From Octopus sinensis (taxonomy: Eukaryota): a stretch of DNA of 64,000 bases. Of the stretch, positions 24,638 through 38,319 are shown piece after piece. The stretch covers positions 7,502,001 to 7,566,000 of the forward strand of contig NC_043006.1 of NCBI RefSeq assembly GCF_006345805.1, in the 5' to 3' direction. Both the position numbers and the translations under genes were made by a program. Within the stretch, counting starts at the first letter, position 1. Every line of letters starts with the position of its first letter. The notes beneath the pieces are model-generated. The model saw only the letters and a program-made list of their open reading frames with translations, did not search any database and was not told where the DNA came from.

Positions 24638-25181
24638 GCATATGTATGTATATGTAATATATGTGTGTGTATGCATATATGTTTGTAAGTACGTATATAT
24701 ATAAGTGTATATATGTATGTTCGTATATATATATTACTGGAAGTAACAGAAGGACTCAAGAACCGAGAGTGTTTCCTGCGTTAGTATATATATATAGTTA
24801 GATGTTCAATAGGTGGATAGATAGATAGATAACCATGTGTGTGTGTGTGTATGTGTGTTACTGTGAGTAAAGCTATCGATATATTTGTTTTAAGCAAATA
24901 ATTAACAGATGTAGGAAATATGGAAGCACATAGCCTAGTAGCTAGGGTATGGAACAGAATCCGGGGCACCGCCAACATGGCCTGATAAATCATGATGCTC
25001 TGTTCATCTGATTTTGTATTGTTTGTTTAGGTATGGTAAACAAACACAAAGATGAAGATAACCGTATTACATTTTTTTAATCAGTGGCGATCAATAACCA
25101 ATAGGAATTCTTTAGCATCATTTATCTATGTAGATCCATACAGTCTTAAATGAAATTCACACAAATCATTTCATCATACGC

Positions 25182-25395
25182 TTTACTCTTTACTCTTTTA
25201 CTTGTTTCAGTCATTTGACTGCGGCCATGTTGGATCACTGCCATGTTGGAGCAACTCGAACCCGGAACTTATTCTTTTTGTAAGCCCAGTACTTATTCTG
25301 TTGCTCTCTTTTTGCCGAACCGCTAAGTAATGGGGAGATAAACACACCAGCATCGGTTGTTAACCAATGCTAGGGGGACAAACACAGACACACAA

Positions 25396-25448
<53 letters not shown>

Positions 25449-25614
25449 TACGAAGGGCTTCTTTCAGTTTCCGGCTACCAAATCCACTCACAAGGTTTTG
25501 GTCGGCCCGAGACTATAGTAGAAGACACTTGCCCAAAGTGCCACGCAGTGGGACTGAACCCGGAACCATGTGGTTGGTAAGCAAGCTACTTACCACACAG
25601 CCACTCCTGCGCCT
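25182..25614 (-). mobile_element. SINE family B, full length
   Basis: Reverse complement of 7291-7726. Confidence 0.93.
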
Positions 25615-26282
25615 ATGTATATTATATATACTATATATATTCGCTATAACAATTACACCTGAAACAATACGTTTCTAATCGTTAATAATTACTAAGACTT
25701 TAAGTTTACTCACCATTATACTAACACACAGGCACACCCTTCGATATGCACACACGCACAATCGTACAAAGTTTACACACAGGTCTCTCCCTTGTTGCTG
25801 TTACGCTTCTTAAAGCTTATTAATTTCGCGCCACTTTCTGTTCCAACAAGATCTGACGCACAACAACACACATTTCTCCATCACTGTTGTTTTATATCCT
25901 TCCTCTTACTCTTTTATACATCTTCAGTGGTTTCTTTTTTCTACCACCAAACTTTCCGAGGAGATTCAGATATAAACTCATTATTACACACTAAGATCAT
26001 GCGGTCTTCGTTTTATTTTTGCTATCCTCGCTGTTCATATTACACTTATACGTGTGTATGTAAATGTAAACACACACACACATACACAAACACAAGCAAA
26101 AACACACATACATACCACACAGTCACATTCTAACACAAATTCTCACATATACACAAGAATGTGTGTGAGTGTGTGTGGGTGAGAGAGATAGAGCGAGATA
26201 GCGATAGAGAGACTGACAAACAGGCAGCCATACATAACACATGTATACAAACATGAATACATATGTAGAAATACATGCGTGC

Positions 26283-26332
<50 letters not shown>

Positions 26333-26355
26333 ATGTATATATGTATGTATATATG

Positions 26356-26391
<36 letters not shown>

Positions 26392-27578
26392 TAGTAATAA
26401 TAATGAAATTATTGTTTACAGTGCTCAGGTGCATCACAACTTATCAAAGTCATATATATATATATATACACATATATATGTATATGTATGTATGCATGTA
26501 TGTATAACATATATATAGATATGTACATACACACACAAACACAGACATATATATATGCTTATATGTGTGTGTATGTGTGTATGTGTGTGTGTATGTGTGT
26601 GTGTATGTGCACGCGTGCATTTGCGTGTGTGTGTGTGTGTGTAGATATTGGCATGTATATATGTATGTATATGCCTGTGAGAGACATGTATGTGAGTACC
26701 TATACACAATGTCAGTTTCGAAAAAGAAAAATAGTTGGGGGTGGGGTGTAGCATGGTAATCTATAATTTCCCATAATTCTTAATGATAGCAGAAACCGGA
26801 ATGATATTTCGATGCAGTAGAGTCCTAATAATTGATTCCATCGAATGCACTGATCAAAGGCATCATAACATTTGTTCTTTATATACTTTTTTTTACTTCT
26901 CTAATAAAACTAACGACGGTGGAACTGGACAAATAACAGGAAATGCTATGAAAAACAAGAAAAGTTTTGACACTTACTTTCAGTAAATTCGATATTGAAA
27001 CACGGAACTCTCTTTCAAATTTGCAACGCAAAAAGAAATATTTTAGTGAACAGATCTCTGGTGATCACATTTAAAAATCTGTAATAATTACTAACAAACA
27101 AAACTGTAACCCCCCACCCCACCCGCCCCTCACTCCACTCCGTTCTTTCAGAAATGTAAGTAACGTTGGTTTTGTAACGTTTAAGCAAGTAATTCAAAAT
27201 ATAAAACAACTCTGAAAAGAGTGGGGTTTTTTTTAATGTTAATTCGAATATTACTGCATGTTGGAATATTTCAAAGTAACGTAGGAGTTTATTTATGTTT
27301 GTCTTTTGGAATTATAATTCAGTTTTATTCAGATTCTTGTGTGATTTAGATCTTTATCTTATGCAGCTCTCATTATTCGTTTAATGACAGTCTTTGCGAT
27401 TCCTAATCTTATCTCGCTCGAAATTTCCGGATGCTATATTTATATGTATGTTTCTACCGATCTATATGCCTGATCGTGTATGTCTCTATGCATATATGTA
27501 TGTATACTATGATTTCTCATTTGAATTCACGTCTTATTTTTATGTATGTACCCATCTATGTAAGTACGCATATATGTA

Positions 27579-27630
<52 letters not shown>

Positions 27631-27639
<9 letters not shown>

Positions 27640-27754
27640 AAATAATCATATCTCATTCAAGATGTACGTACGTGATTACGTGATCTGTATGTATATATAT
27701 ATATATAGATGTATACATGCATGTATGTATCTATTTGCGTAAGTATGTAAGTAT

Positions 27755-27817
<63 letters not shown>

Positions 27818-27860
27818 GTATATATAATCACATCTCATTGAAGATGTACGTACGTGATCA

Positions 27861-27901
<41 letters not shown>

Positions 27902-27947
27902 TGTATACATGCATGTATGTATCTATTTGCGTAAGTACGTAAGTATA

Positions 27948-27948
<1 letters not shown>
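27631..27948 (+). repeat. Local tandem duplication of an about 130-bp block between (TA)n tracts
   Basis: acatgtata...tctcatt(c/g)aagatgtacgtacgtgat...ctatttgcgtaagta(t/c)gtaag occurs twice. Confidence 0.85.
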
Positions 27949-27998
<50 letters not shown>

Positions 27999-29330
27999 AT
28001 ATATGTGTGTGTATGTATGTGAGTACATGTATATATCGAATCTTAACTTATTTTAAATTCACAGAGGTTGTCTATAAGTATGTATACAGGTGGCATTGTA
28101 TCTATCCGTATATGTAGGCATGTATGAAGTGTTATTAAATTTGAAATTTTCTGTTTGGGCCTGTTAGTATTGTGTGTATGTGTGATTCTCTGCGTGCGTG
28201 TGTGAGTGTGTGTATGTGTGTGTGTGCGTGTGTGCGTGCGTACGTGTGTGCGTGTGTGTGTATGTGTGTATGCAAGAAGAAGGTAGCAATAAAACTGAAA
28301 GCACCTCGTCGTATATAAATGAACACAATGAAACAATAGAGAATATAATTTTGTTTTTATCGCTGAATTCTCGTATTAGTGACAGAACTGGAATACTGCC
28401 GATTCTTCAGAATATAAAGAAATATAATTGCTAATTGAATTTAGAAAATTGTTTGACGCGTTTCAATCTTGCTTAAATTCAATTTTTTATTTTCAATTTC
28501 ACATTAATTAATCAATATTTGTCACTAATGTACATGTTCTAGTAATTCATTCTAGTTTAACTTATTCGTTTGACATCACTTTTCAGCTGAAATTGATTTG
28601 CTATTCTATTTTGTGAACATTTCGTGTCACATTCTAGATATTAAGGCAAATATTTGATACTAATTTCACCCAAGTGAATTCGTATCTCACGATGCTGTTA
28701 TTACTGAGTGTTATAATTATAATTAAACACTCGTTTGATTACTAAAACTTAGTTATATTTGTCACTGGTGTATCAACGATTTGATCATTTGATAAATCTT
28801 TGTCTAGAAATACCATTCGAATTCTATGCTCCATTAAATACACAAGAATCGTAGAAGGTGCCAAACCGTATTAATGGTCAAACGTTTATCTCCTGGTAGT
28901 TTTCGATTCTCGTATTGAGACACTTTATCGACTATAATTGAGATAAAGTACACGAAACTGTATAATTGTGAAGCGGTTCATCGTTTTATAAAACTAAATC
29001 CAACCGTTACTAAGGCCCTGAGGAGAGCAACTGAACACACCTTTATAACATAAACCCATTTAGAATTCTCGGTATTTAGGATCAATGTTGATATTTGATC
29101 TTGTTTATGATTCTGATTAGTTGCCACATATTACCGAAGCACTGTATCACACATTATATCCTACCAAGTTGATATCTTACACGACCGAAATATATTCTAC
29201 AATAATGAGTATATTATGACCATCATATTTAAGTATCTAAAAAACCTGATTCTCAAGTTCAAAATTTCTGGATGGACTTTTTATTTTGTAATTAACTTTT
29301 GTATTCGATACGTTTATAAATAGCTTTTTA

Positions 29331-29577
29331 TATAGGCAAATAACAGGGAAGCTAGTCGACATAGGGTTTTTTTATGGGCAAATAACATGAGGATCTTTGT
29401 ATAGGCAAATAACAGGGAAGGTAGTCAACATAGGATTTTTTATGGGCAAATAACATGAGGTTCTTTGTATAGGCAAATAACAGGGAAGCTAGTCAACATA
29501 GGGTTTTTTATGGGCAAGTAACATGAAGTTCTTTGTATAGGCAAATAAGAGAGAAACTAGTCAACATAATGTTTTTA
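29331..29577 (+). repeat. Minisatellite, 68-69-bp unit, about 3.6 copies
   Basis: Units begin with tataggcaaataa at 29331, 29400, 29468 and 29536; each full unit contains ggcaa(a/g)taaca twice. Confidence 0.93.
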
Positions 29578-30660
29578 ATGAAAATAGACGAGCATTAAAC
29601 CAGAAACAGCCGGGCAACTAAAACATTGAAACCAACTAAAATAGCAGAAGCAAATGTTGTTTTTATTAATCAGTTGACATGTTGATTGTAACACTAATCT
29701 TCTTAAACTGGATTTAGAAGTAATATTACCCCAGTAATCTTCAGGATAAACTCCTCCATCGACAATAAACAAGAAATCACCACAGAAAGATGTAATTTCA
29801 ATATTTAATTTGATCATCTCTGTATCTTCAATTAGAGATTAATGATCATTATTCGGTCTTATTCCATATAAGTCCCTCTTTCCCTATTCTCCCCAATACG
29901 ACTACACTATAACATACTTCAGCTATTATCTATATTCTCATTCTATGAAATATTTAGTATAACTCTAGCTATAGTAAAACTGATGGAATGGTAAAAGGTT
30001 ACGACACAACTTGGATTTTCACCGAGCAAATGCAAGATCTGTATTGAACGCTTCAGTGAGCAATATTCACAAGCAGTGAGCAATCTCTGCCATTCTATAG
30101 AATATTGTCATAAAAAATATATAACAGTTATAATATTCATTAATAGCATTCATTATAATTAATAATATTCATCATTATACAAGTATGAACTCTTTAGAAT
30201 ACGGTAGAATTTATTCCATCTACTTATTCGAAAGAATAAGAAATGTACACGTAAATATAACATTTTCACATCAATCGATCAGGTTTCGCAACGTTATGCA
30301 TATTTATCATTAAGTTTTATACTTTGTTATTCATACTATTTAATTCATATATACGTTTCGGCTATGCTTGATTTTACTCATATATTTGAATGCTTTTTGT
30401 GCATTATTCTGGAAAAAGCGGCTGTTATATTATTGAGATTGATTTAATGTTCACATCTAACCTCCTGTTTATGAAGTTGCGTAACGCCCAAGTACTAAAG
30501 TCCATAGTTTCCACAACGCTTTCCTTCAAAACTACTGGCCTCCCGCCCAAATCACGCGTCACCGTCAACATCATCATCATCATTATTACCACCACTACCA
30601 CCACTACGATCATCACCATCGTGATCGTCGTCGTCGTATTTATTTTCATTAATATTATAT

Positions 30661-30873
30661 ATTTCTTTACTACCCACAAGGGGCTAAACACAGAGGGGAT
30701 AAACAAGGACAGACAGACGGATTAAGTCGATTACTGGTACTTATTTAATCGACCCCGAAAGGATGAAAGGCAAAGTCGACCTCGGCGGAATTTGAACTCA
30801 GAACGTAACAGCAGACGAAATACGGCTACGCATTTCGCCCGGCGTGCTAACGTTTCTGCCAGCTCGCCGCCTT
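30661..30873 (-). mobile_element. SINE family A, small internal deletion
   Basis: Head aaggcggcgagctggcagaaacg, B box gagttcaaattcc, tail variant 1. Confidence 0.93.
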
Positions 30874-30918
30874 AATATTATAATCATTGCCATGATCTTG
30901 ATGATGTTCATCAGCAAT

Positions 30919-30954
30919 GTTATTATTATTATTATTATAATAATTATTATTATA

Positions 30955-30993
<39 letters not shown>

Positions 30994-31032
30994 ATTATTA
31001 TTATTATTATTATAATTATTATTATTATTATA

Positions 31033-31074
<42 letters not shown>

Positions 31075-31075
31075 G
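30919..31075. repeat. (ATT)n microsatellite, about 52 units
   Basis: Directly visible. Confidence 0.97.
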
Positions 31076-32177
31076 CTGCTGTTGCTGTTGTTGATGATAA
31101 CGTTGCTCTTGTTGTTTTTCTTGATCGTCTATCAATACGTAGTGCACATCGCTTCTCTAAGTTTGTTGTTATGTTGTTATGTTGTTACCCAAAGTTATAT
31201 ATCGCATATTTGCTATCATTATATTAATAAACTATCCGGAACCTTAGGGACCTGGTTAGTTTTTCTCCATCTGTGGCCCTCAATGTTTGTTTAAAAATCG
31301 AAAGATTGCAGACGAGTCAGTAGATGCGCTTCTACTGATCTGAGCGAAGTTAAAACAACGGTATAGTATACATCAAAATCAAGGCAGCTCGCACAATTAA
31401 TGGGAACAGCTTTGGAGTGGAGAATAACAATTCGGAATCAGTACAGCCTCTGCAGTGTCGCTGAATTGAGTGTCAAGTTTAGGTACTCGGTTCAGTACGG
31501 ATATTTAAGTGTAGGAAAATGGGAGGCAGTCGTAAGAAAGCTGATCATAAAAAAATGGACAACTACTTTCTGCTGAAGAAACACGATTCTATCTACTCCA
31601 TAGTTTATTTGGTATGTTGAGGCTGATAAGGAGCAAAAACTGCAAAGAGGGATGGACGATGATAGTGGTAGGTGTGACCATTTGTCGTGTATCAACCATA
31701 TTGCAGTATCTCATTTACACCAAGAAACAGCTTGATGAAAATACTAAAATAAATGTAAGTGGATCAGCAAATATTTCAGTGTTCAGAAGCGAGCTACAAA
31801 AATAGAGAACTGAATATTCAGTACAATCAAACCTCACAAATTATATAGTGAAAGGATGCAAAATTATAACAGAACTACTGTAGGAAAATTAATATTTACA
31901 ATGAATATACTGTTAGCAATGTTTTTCAACGAATTTTGGGGTGATTGCATGGAAGGAGGTTGTGACTTTTGGCACCTCTACACCCTCAGAGACTCATATG
32001 ATAACGCTTTATTGTTCTGCTTATGCAGTTTCGAGTGCAGGTCAGAGCTGCAGGTCAGCTATTACAATGAGGAAATACAATTCACTGTGCTAAAGTTCTT
32101 TGAAAACAATTGTAGAGTGTAAGTAGTAGTGAGCTAAAAATATTCACTGACTGCGTAGCAGTTAGTTCAACAACCCT

Positions 32178-32698
32178 CCTTAGACTTCGCCGGTTACGAC
32201 GACGAGGGTCCCAGCTGATACGATCAACGGAACAGCTTGCTCGTGAAATTAACGTGCAAATGGCTGAGCATTCCACAGACACGTGTACCCTTAACGTAGT
32301 TCTCGGGGATAATCAGCGTAACACAGAGAGTGACAAGGCTGACCCTTTGAAATACAGGTACAACAGAAACAGGAAGTAAGAATGAAAGAAAGTTGTGGTG
32401 AAAGAGTACAGCAGGGATCACCACCATCCCCTGCCGGAGCCTCGTGGAGCTTTTAGGTGTTTTCGCTCAATAAACACTCATAACGCCCGGTCTGGGAGTC
32501 GAAACTGCGATCCTATGACCTATGACCTATGACCTGCGATCCTATGAAATACAAGTACAACTCATTTTTGCCAGCTGAGTGGACTGGAGCAACGTGAAAT
32601 AAAGTGTCTTGCTCAAGGACACAACGCGTCGCCGGGAATCGAACTCACAACCTTACGATCATGAGCCGAATGCCCTAACCACTAAGTCACGCGCCCTC
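32178..32698 (-). mobile_element. Chimeric SINE (family D head plus family C body) within a 14-bp TSD
   Basis: agttcaacaaccct at 32164-32177 and 32699-32712. Confidence 0.88.
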
Positions 32699-33364
32699 AG
32701 TTCAACAACCCTAAGAGTTTGAACACGCTACAAAGGTGGTGGGGGTAGTGAGTTAGGAGTGCTTAGTTGAGTGGTATTGAGTTGTACGAAACCAATTTCT
32801 TCAGAGGAACAGGGGCCATTTCTTGGCCTATAATATAGGATGTGTCTGACGCATGGGAATATTACTACACTGTTATACTCGTCTAAGATGTGTATAGCAT
32901 TGTAGTTGTTGGGGGATGGAGTATCTTCTAGCTTTGAACAGGAAATCCAGCCCTAAAAATATATCTTTTGTTAATTTAAGAACGCACATTCACCCAGAGA
33001 GGCCCTCTGTGGTACTAACATTTTAATAACACCGTACGTAAGAAGGGTGGGATGCGATGATATTTTTTGTCGTATTTGCACTCATTGTATAATGTTTACT
33101 GTTGAAAGTTAAGAGTTAGCATACCTCCCAATGGAAAATATCTCCAGGTTTCTATTCATGGAGTCCAAATATATTTGGCAGGCAGTAAATAGGCAAAATG
33201 TGAAGAAAATGGTAGAAAAGATTAAAGAATAGTTCTATTTGCTTAAGGAATGTTGTTAGCAGTGACTGCAATAGGCTGTTAATTATTCTTAAATTAATTT
33301 CTAAGAAATAGTGGGACGAAAAGAAACTTTGGTTATTTTATAACGTTAACCCAAAAACGTTAGT

Positions 33365-33722
33365 GGAGGCGCAATGGCCCAGTGGTTAGGGCAGCAGACT
33401 CGCGGTCGTAGGATCGCGGTTTCGATTCCCAGACTGGGCGTTGTGAGTGTTTATTGAGCGAAAACACCTAAAGCTCCACGAGGCTCCGGCAGGGATGGTG
33501 GTGATCCCTGCTGTACTCTTTCACCACAACTTTCTCTCACTCTTACTTCCTGTTTCTGTTGTACCTGTATTTCAACGGGCCGGCCTTGTCACTCTCTGTG
33601 TCCCGCTGAATATCCCCGGGTAGAGTGGAGTGCTCAGCCACTTACACGTTAATTTCACGAGCAGGCTGTTCCGTTGATTCGGATCAACCGGAACCCTCGT
33701 CGTCGTAACCGACGGAGTGCTT
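33365..33722 (+). mobile_element. SINE family C, near full length
   Basis: A box tggcccagtggtta, B-like ggtttcgattccc; body homologous to 32178-32515. Confidence 0.92.
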
Positions 33723-35414
33723 CCAACCCGAAAATTATCTCTTGGGGTCGTATTTTATGAACAAATACTCATGACTCGCTAATAAATATAATCAGTGTAA
33801 TGCGTAGAAGAAAAATTGTCGTTTAATTAAGGAAATACAATGAGAAAACTAGATTGTAGCTGAACTATATATTCTGGAGTCCAATTTTCCATCGTGATAA
33901 AAAGAAGCTTTCAGATAATAATCATATCTTACGTATTCAACCACACGAATTTACGTAAATGCTTGCATAACAAATTCAAGTTTTTACTTCAGTTTTCAAC
34001 CGTGTTAATGATCTTATTTCCATATTCAACACTATTCTTTTGTTTGTTCTTTTTTTTTACCTGATTTCCTATATAAACATTACGTTCATAGAATGACATT
34101 CGTGGAGTTTTAAATGTTTAGTACTTAAAAAAAAAGATTTATGTAACTTTCTAAAACAAAGGCTCATTATGACAATCAGGAAACGAAAACATATAGAAAT
34201 TAGATCACCGATGCAAAAAACCAATATAGATACTTTTGTAATGGTGCCAAAATCATAAGTAAATTTTATATTCACTTTGACAGAGAGTACATCATCTGAA
34301 CATCTACGTCTCGATAATTCCCTTATTGTATCCTTATCTAAATTAAATCTCTTTCTAATTTTCATACTTATGCAGATAATAAACCCATTGAAGTGAGTAT
34401 ATGTTATATATCACATTTTGAGAGGTAATTCGTGGTCAGTAACAAATTTAAAATATTTCATATTTTGTGTGAGTCGACTTTCGTGACAACGAGATTTGTA
34501 AGTGTGTGTGATCTGCTTATCTTAACTTTATACAATTTGTACAATTTCTACTTTGTACAATTTCACATTCAACTACAGATTAGATGAAGATAATCATATT
34601 AAAATGATCTTATTTTTCTTTTTTATTTTGGGATTCCACATCAGTGATTTAAAAGGAAATTAACGCAAACTTGCTGATATCAGAGCTATACTATACATTG
34701 CTGCAGCTAACTTCATATAATGAAATACTAATACTGAATAAAGTAATTATGGTAGCTCCTTTTATGAAGAATGTGTGTAAGAAATACGAATGAGTGTGTT
34801 TTTACTGGGTACACTTATTTGGATTAATTCATTCAAATAAAACTAACCAACACCACATTGTCAATGATAAGTGAAAGATTTTAGAGGAATTTTCGTGTGC
34901 TGGTTCCACAAGTAGCATCCTTTTCTCTGATTTATACACCTCCACGCACACAAACACACACACACACATATATATATATATATTTATCTATCTCTATTTC
35001 TTATATTTATCACAGGTATGTGCATATATGTCTATTGTGTGTGTATTGCCGTACACACGCAATAGACAGATATGCACATACCTGTGATAAATATAAGAAA
35101 TAGAGATAGATAAATATATATATATATATGCATACATACCATCACACATACATTGCCGAGAGCGCTACACTATTTGTGTTATGTGGAAAATACATACATA
35201 CGTACATACATACGTACTTGCATACATAAATACATACATACATATATACATGCATGCATACATACCGGCATGCACACACATGCATGCACACACATACACA
35301 TACATACATACATACATACATACGGATATACATGAAGATATATGTATGTATGTATATATGTATGTATCTATATATTTATGTATATTTGTATTTATATATA
35401 TATATATGCACATA

Positions 35415-35875
35415 CCTGTTTGAAGAACTCGAAGCAGTTCAACGAAGCTACACTAAGAAAATCGTCTCGATTCAACATGTCGGCTACTGGGAAAGACTTA
35501 AAGAATTATATCTCTTCTTACTGGAACGAAGGCAGGAGAGATATGCAGTGATATACATCTGGAAAATCCTAGAAGTTCTTGTACCAAACTTTGGCATTGA
35601 AAGTTTTTCAAACTCCAGAACGGGGCGCCACTGCATAGTGCCAAAGTTCCCAGCATTGCCATCAAAATCCAGCACCAGTTACTGCAACAGCTTCAGCTTC
35701 AAGGGCCCAGAGCTCTATCGCTCCAAAATGCCTGAGAGTCCTGTATGGTGTGGATGTAAGTGTCTTTAAACCAAAACTGGATCTCTTCCTGTTATGGGTT
35801 CCAGACGAGCTTACCTCATGGCATCAAATACAGATGAGGGTAGCAACATCAAACTCCATCATTGACCAAATGCGC
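35415..35875 (+). mobile_element. CR1/L2-group LINE ORF2 C-terminal fragment
   Basis: ELEAVQRSYTKKI...YWERLKEL...RRQERYAVIYIWKIL; homologous to 11765-12200. Confidence 0.9.
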
Positions 35876-37328
35876 GCCTCTCCACAAGTGACATGTTTCT
35901 TACGTCCATAATTCATTTTCCTAGAATTATTACTGCACAATCCGTAATTTCCATGGTCATCGGAGGGATCGTAGTTCATGCGTTCATTTCGTCAGGCGAG
36001 AATGTATTGGAGTTGGAAGTAACGAATGTATAACTGAAAGATGTTTATCAATTTTCACAAATGAAAATGTTCATTGGTCAGTTCTATGTGTATATGGTAA
36101 GGAAGAAGAGGAGAGGTAAAGGAAAGAGGGAAATGAATGGTAATGATAAAAGAGAGGGAGAAGTGTGTGGTGAAGCTAAGTTTGTTTCGATATTTGTGTG
36201 TGCACAAGCTGGGATAGGTAGTGTAAATCATTGATATAACTTTACTCACAGCAAACATTTTCTCAATGAATTCAGATGATGAAGGTCAAAGAAGCAGTGT
36301 TTGTTTTCGTTTTGAACATCATTGTCTGAGTTGACATATCATGTTCCCTTTATAAACACCTTTCGATTACTTCTGGCAGTACAGTGATACAGCATAAGAA
36401 AATAATAGTTCCTATCTTGTTCCATTACATGCTAATGATGGTTTGTGTTTCTGTTCCATAAAGTTCTCTTCAAAGTTTGTAAGATACAATTACCTCAGAA
36501 TGTCTTATAATCATGTGTTCCCTGGGGGTGATGATCCCCAGGGTTTTCCCCTGACATACCTTACTCACTCGCAATGCTGTATTGTATGGTTTACATTTCT
36601 TTTATTGTAGACCATTCAGTCGTATGCTCTACGCCATTCGACTTGAGCCTCCATATGTGATTAGATAATGACGTGCAGTGCCTTCTGTTTTTATTGGAAA
36701 ATGACGTAAAATGGGCGCACAGCCGATTCTTTTAAGGTGTTTCCGATTCCACTAATGTATACATATTTTAATACTACCGCCTTCATTTTCCTTTTGTAAA
36801 CTACGTTCCCTACCATGCAGTTGTTATTAATTTCGCATTCATTTTTCCGTCCGCAGTTACATGCTACATTATCTTTTCTGGTTCAGTACATGGAATTCTT
36901 ATCAGTGTTTATCGTCCTTTTCCCACTTGCACAGTGTTACTTTTTTTTCCTCGGGTACGGACCTGCACTGCCAAAGCTATGGGGCTTTTTGTACCCGTTT
37001 TTGTTATTCATATTCTCAACTTCGTTGTATATTCTGTTTCGACTTGGGGTTTTTTGGTTCTGTTACACCCCCACAAGGTTTATGTTATTAAGTTTTATCT
37101 TATTTAATTTCTGTATGTAGTATTCCAGATCGTGCGATGTCGCAAATACTTGTCTCACATTACGTCTGTTGATGAGTTTATGATTTTTGTTCTGGATTTA
37201 GGGAAGTGCCAATGTAATTTTGAGAATAATTCCCAAACTATTATGGATTTAACATATATATATATATAATCAGAAATATAAAATTTTTAAATATCTCATA
37301 GAGATATGTACGGTGGTGGAGCGATAGA

Positions 37329-37679
37329 GTGGTTGTATACTGTCAACTTAACGTGACAGTCCTGTAAGGGAATTACACAATCGCTGTTTAGCCCTAGGAA
37401 GCATCGACGCTTCCTGTCGGCCTTGACACATTTCCTGTGTCCTTATATATTTACGAAGAGGAGACAAATACCCCCAACAGCTAGGCCTGCATCTAGAAAC
37501 ATGCGTGTCTCTAGATGCAGGCCTAGCTGTTGGGGGTATTTGTCTCCCCTTCGTAAATATATAAGGACACAGAAAATGTGTCAAGGCCGACTGGAAGCGT
37601 CGATGCTTCCTAGGGCTAAACAGCGATGGTGTAATTCCCTCTATCGGACTGTCACGTTAAGTTGAGAGTATACAACCAC
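37329..37679. mobile_element. MITE-like 351-bp near-perfect palindrome
   Basis: About 170-bp arms pair to the centre near 37504; GC-richer than the flanks; mirrored ORFs in the track. Confidence 0.8.
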
Positions 37680-37682
37680 ACA

Positions 37683-37722
<40 letters not shown>

Positions 37723-37727
37723 ATATA

Positions 37728-37782
<55 letters not shown>

Positions 37783-38319
37783 ATACATATATATTTCTGT
37801 AGAGTCAAATACATAAACATAGTCATATAATCCAATAAAACTATTCACAAATATATTCATGTGTACACGCTAAAAGACTTACATCTAAAAAACACACATA
37901 TGTTACCATAGATGACATAATACAATTTGCAACGCCTATGGAAAACGATATACACGGAAATCTTAAACAGTAAGCAATAAAAAATGAAGAGCAGACATGA
38001 AGACACGGTCGTAAGTATACCGGAAGGAAACAATATACTAGTAGAACATATACATATGACCCCAAGTCAATTTTTACGATGAAAACAATATCTTTATTCT
38101 CTAGAACTGAGAAAGTGATTGGCGTTGATAAGGTTAGAGGTAAAAATATTAGATTGCAAGGCTAGACAATGTTTGTCACTCAAAAACCTTTTCTTTTGGT
38201 TTTACGAGGCAGTGATAATTTTCATTTCATTTCTCAGATTTAACCCGCAATAAATAATGAAGGAATCTAAACTAAGCTTCTAATATTTTTAAGAAAATTA
38301 TTTACCCTAATGTGTTACT

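Noticed and set aside
29331-29577. CRISPR-like array
   Set aside because: The whole unit repeats with no unique spacers, there are no cas genes, and the context is eukaryotic.
29894-29911. T7 promoter-like aatacgactacactata
   Set aside because: It has an extra base, no vector context, and is consistent with chance.
33365-33435. tRNA genes at SINE heads (also 2941, 7138 and others)
   Set aside because: A and B boxes are present but I could not fold a full cloverleaf, and each continues into a SINE body.
36520-36562. C/D snoRNA (GTGATGA...CTGA)
   Set aside because: The boxes are only about 30 nt apart and the C box lies inside a hairpin.
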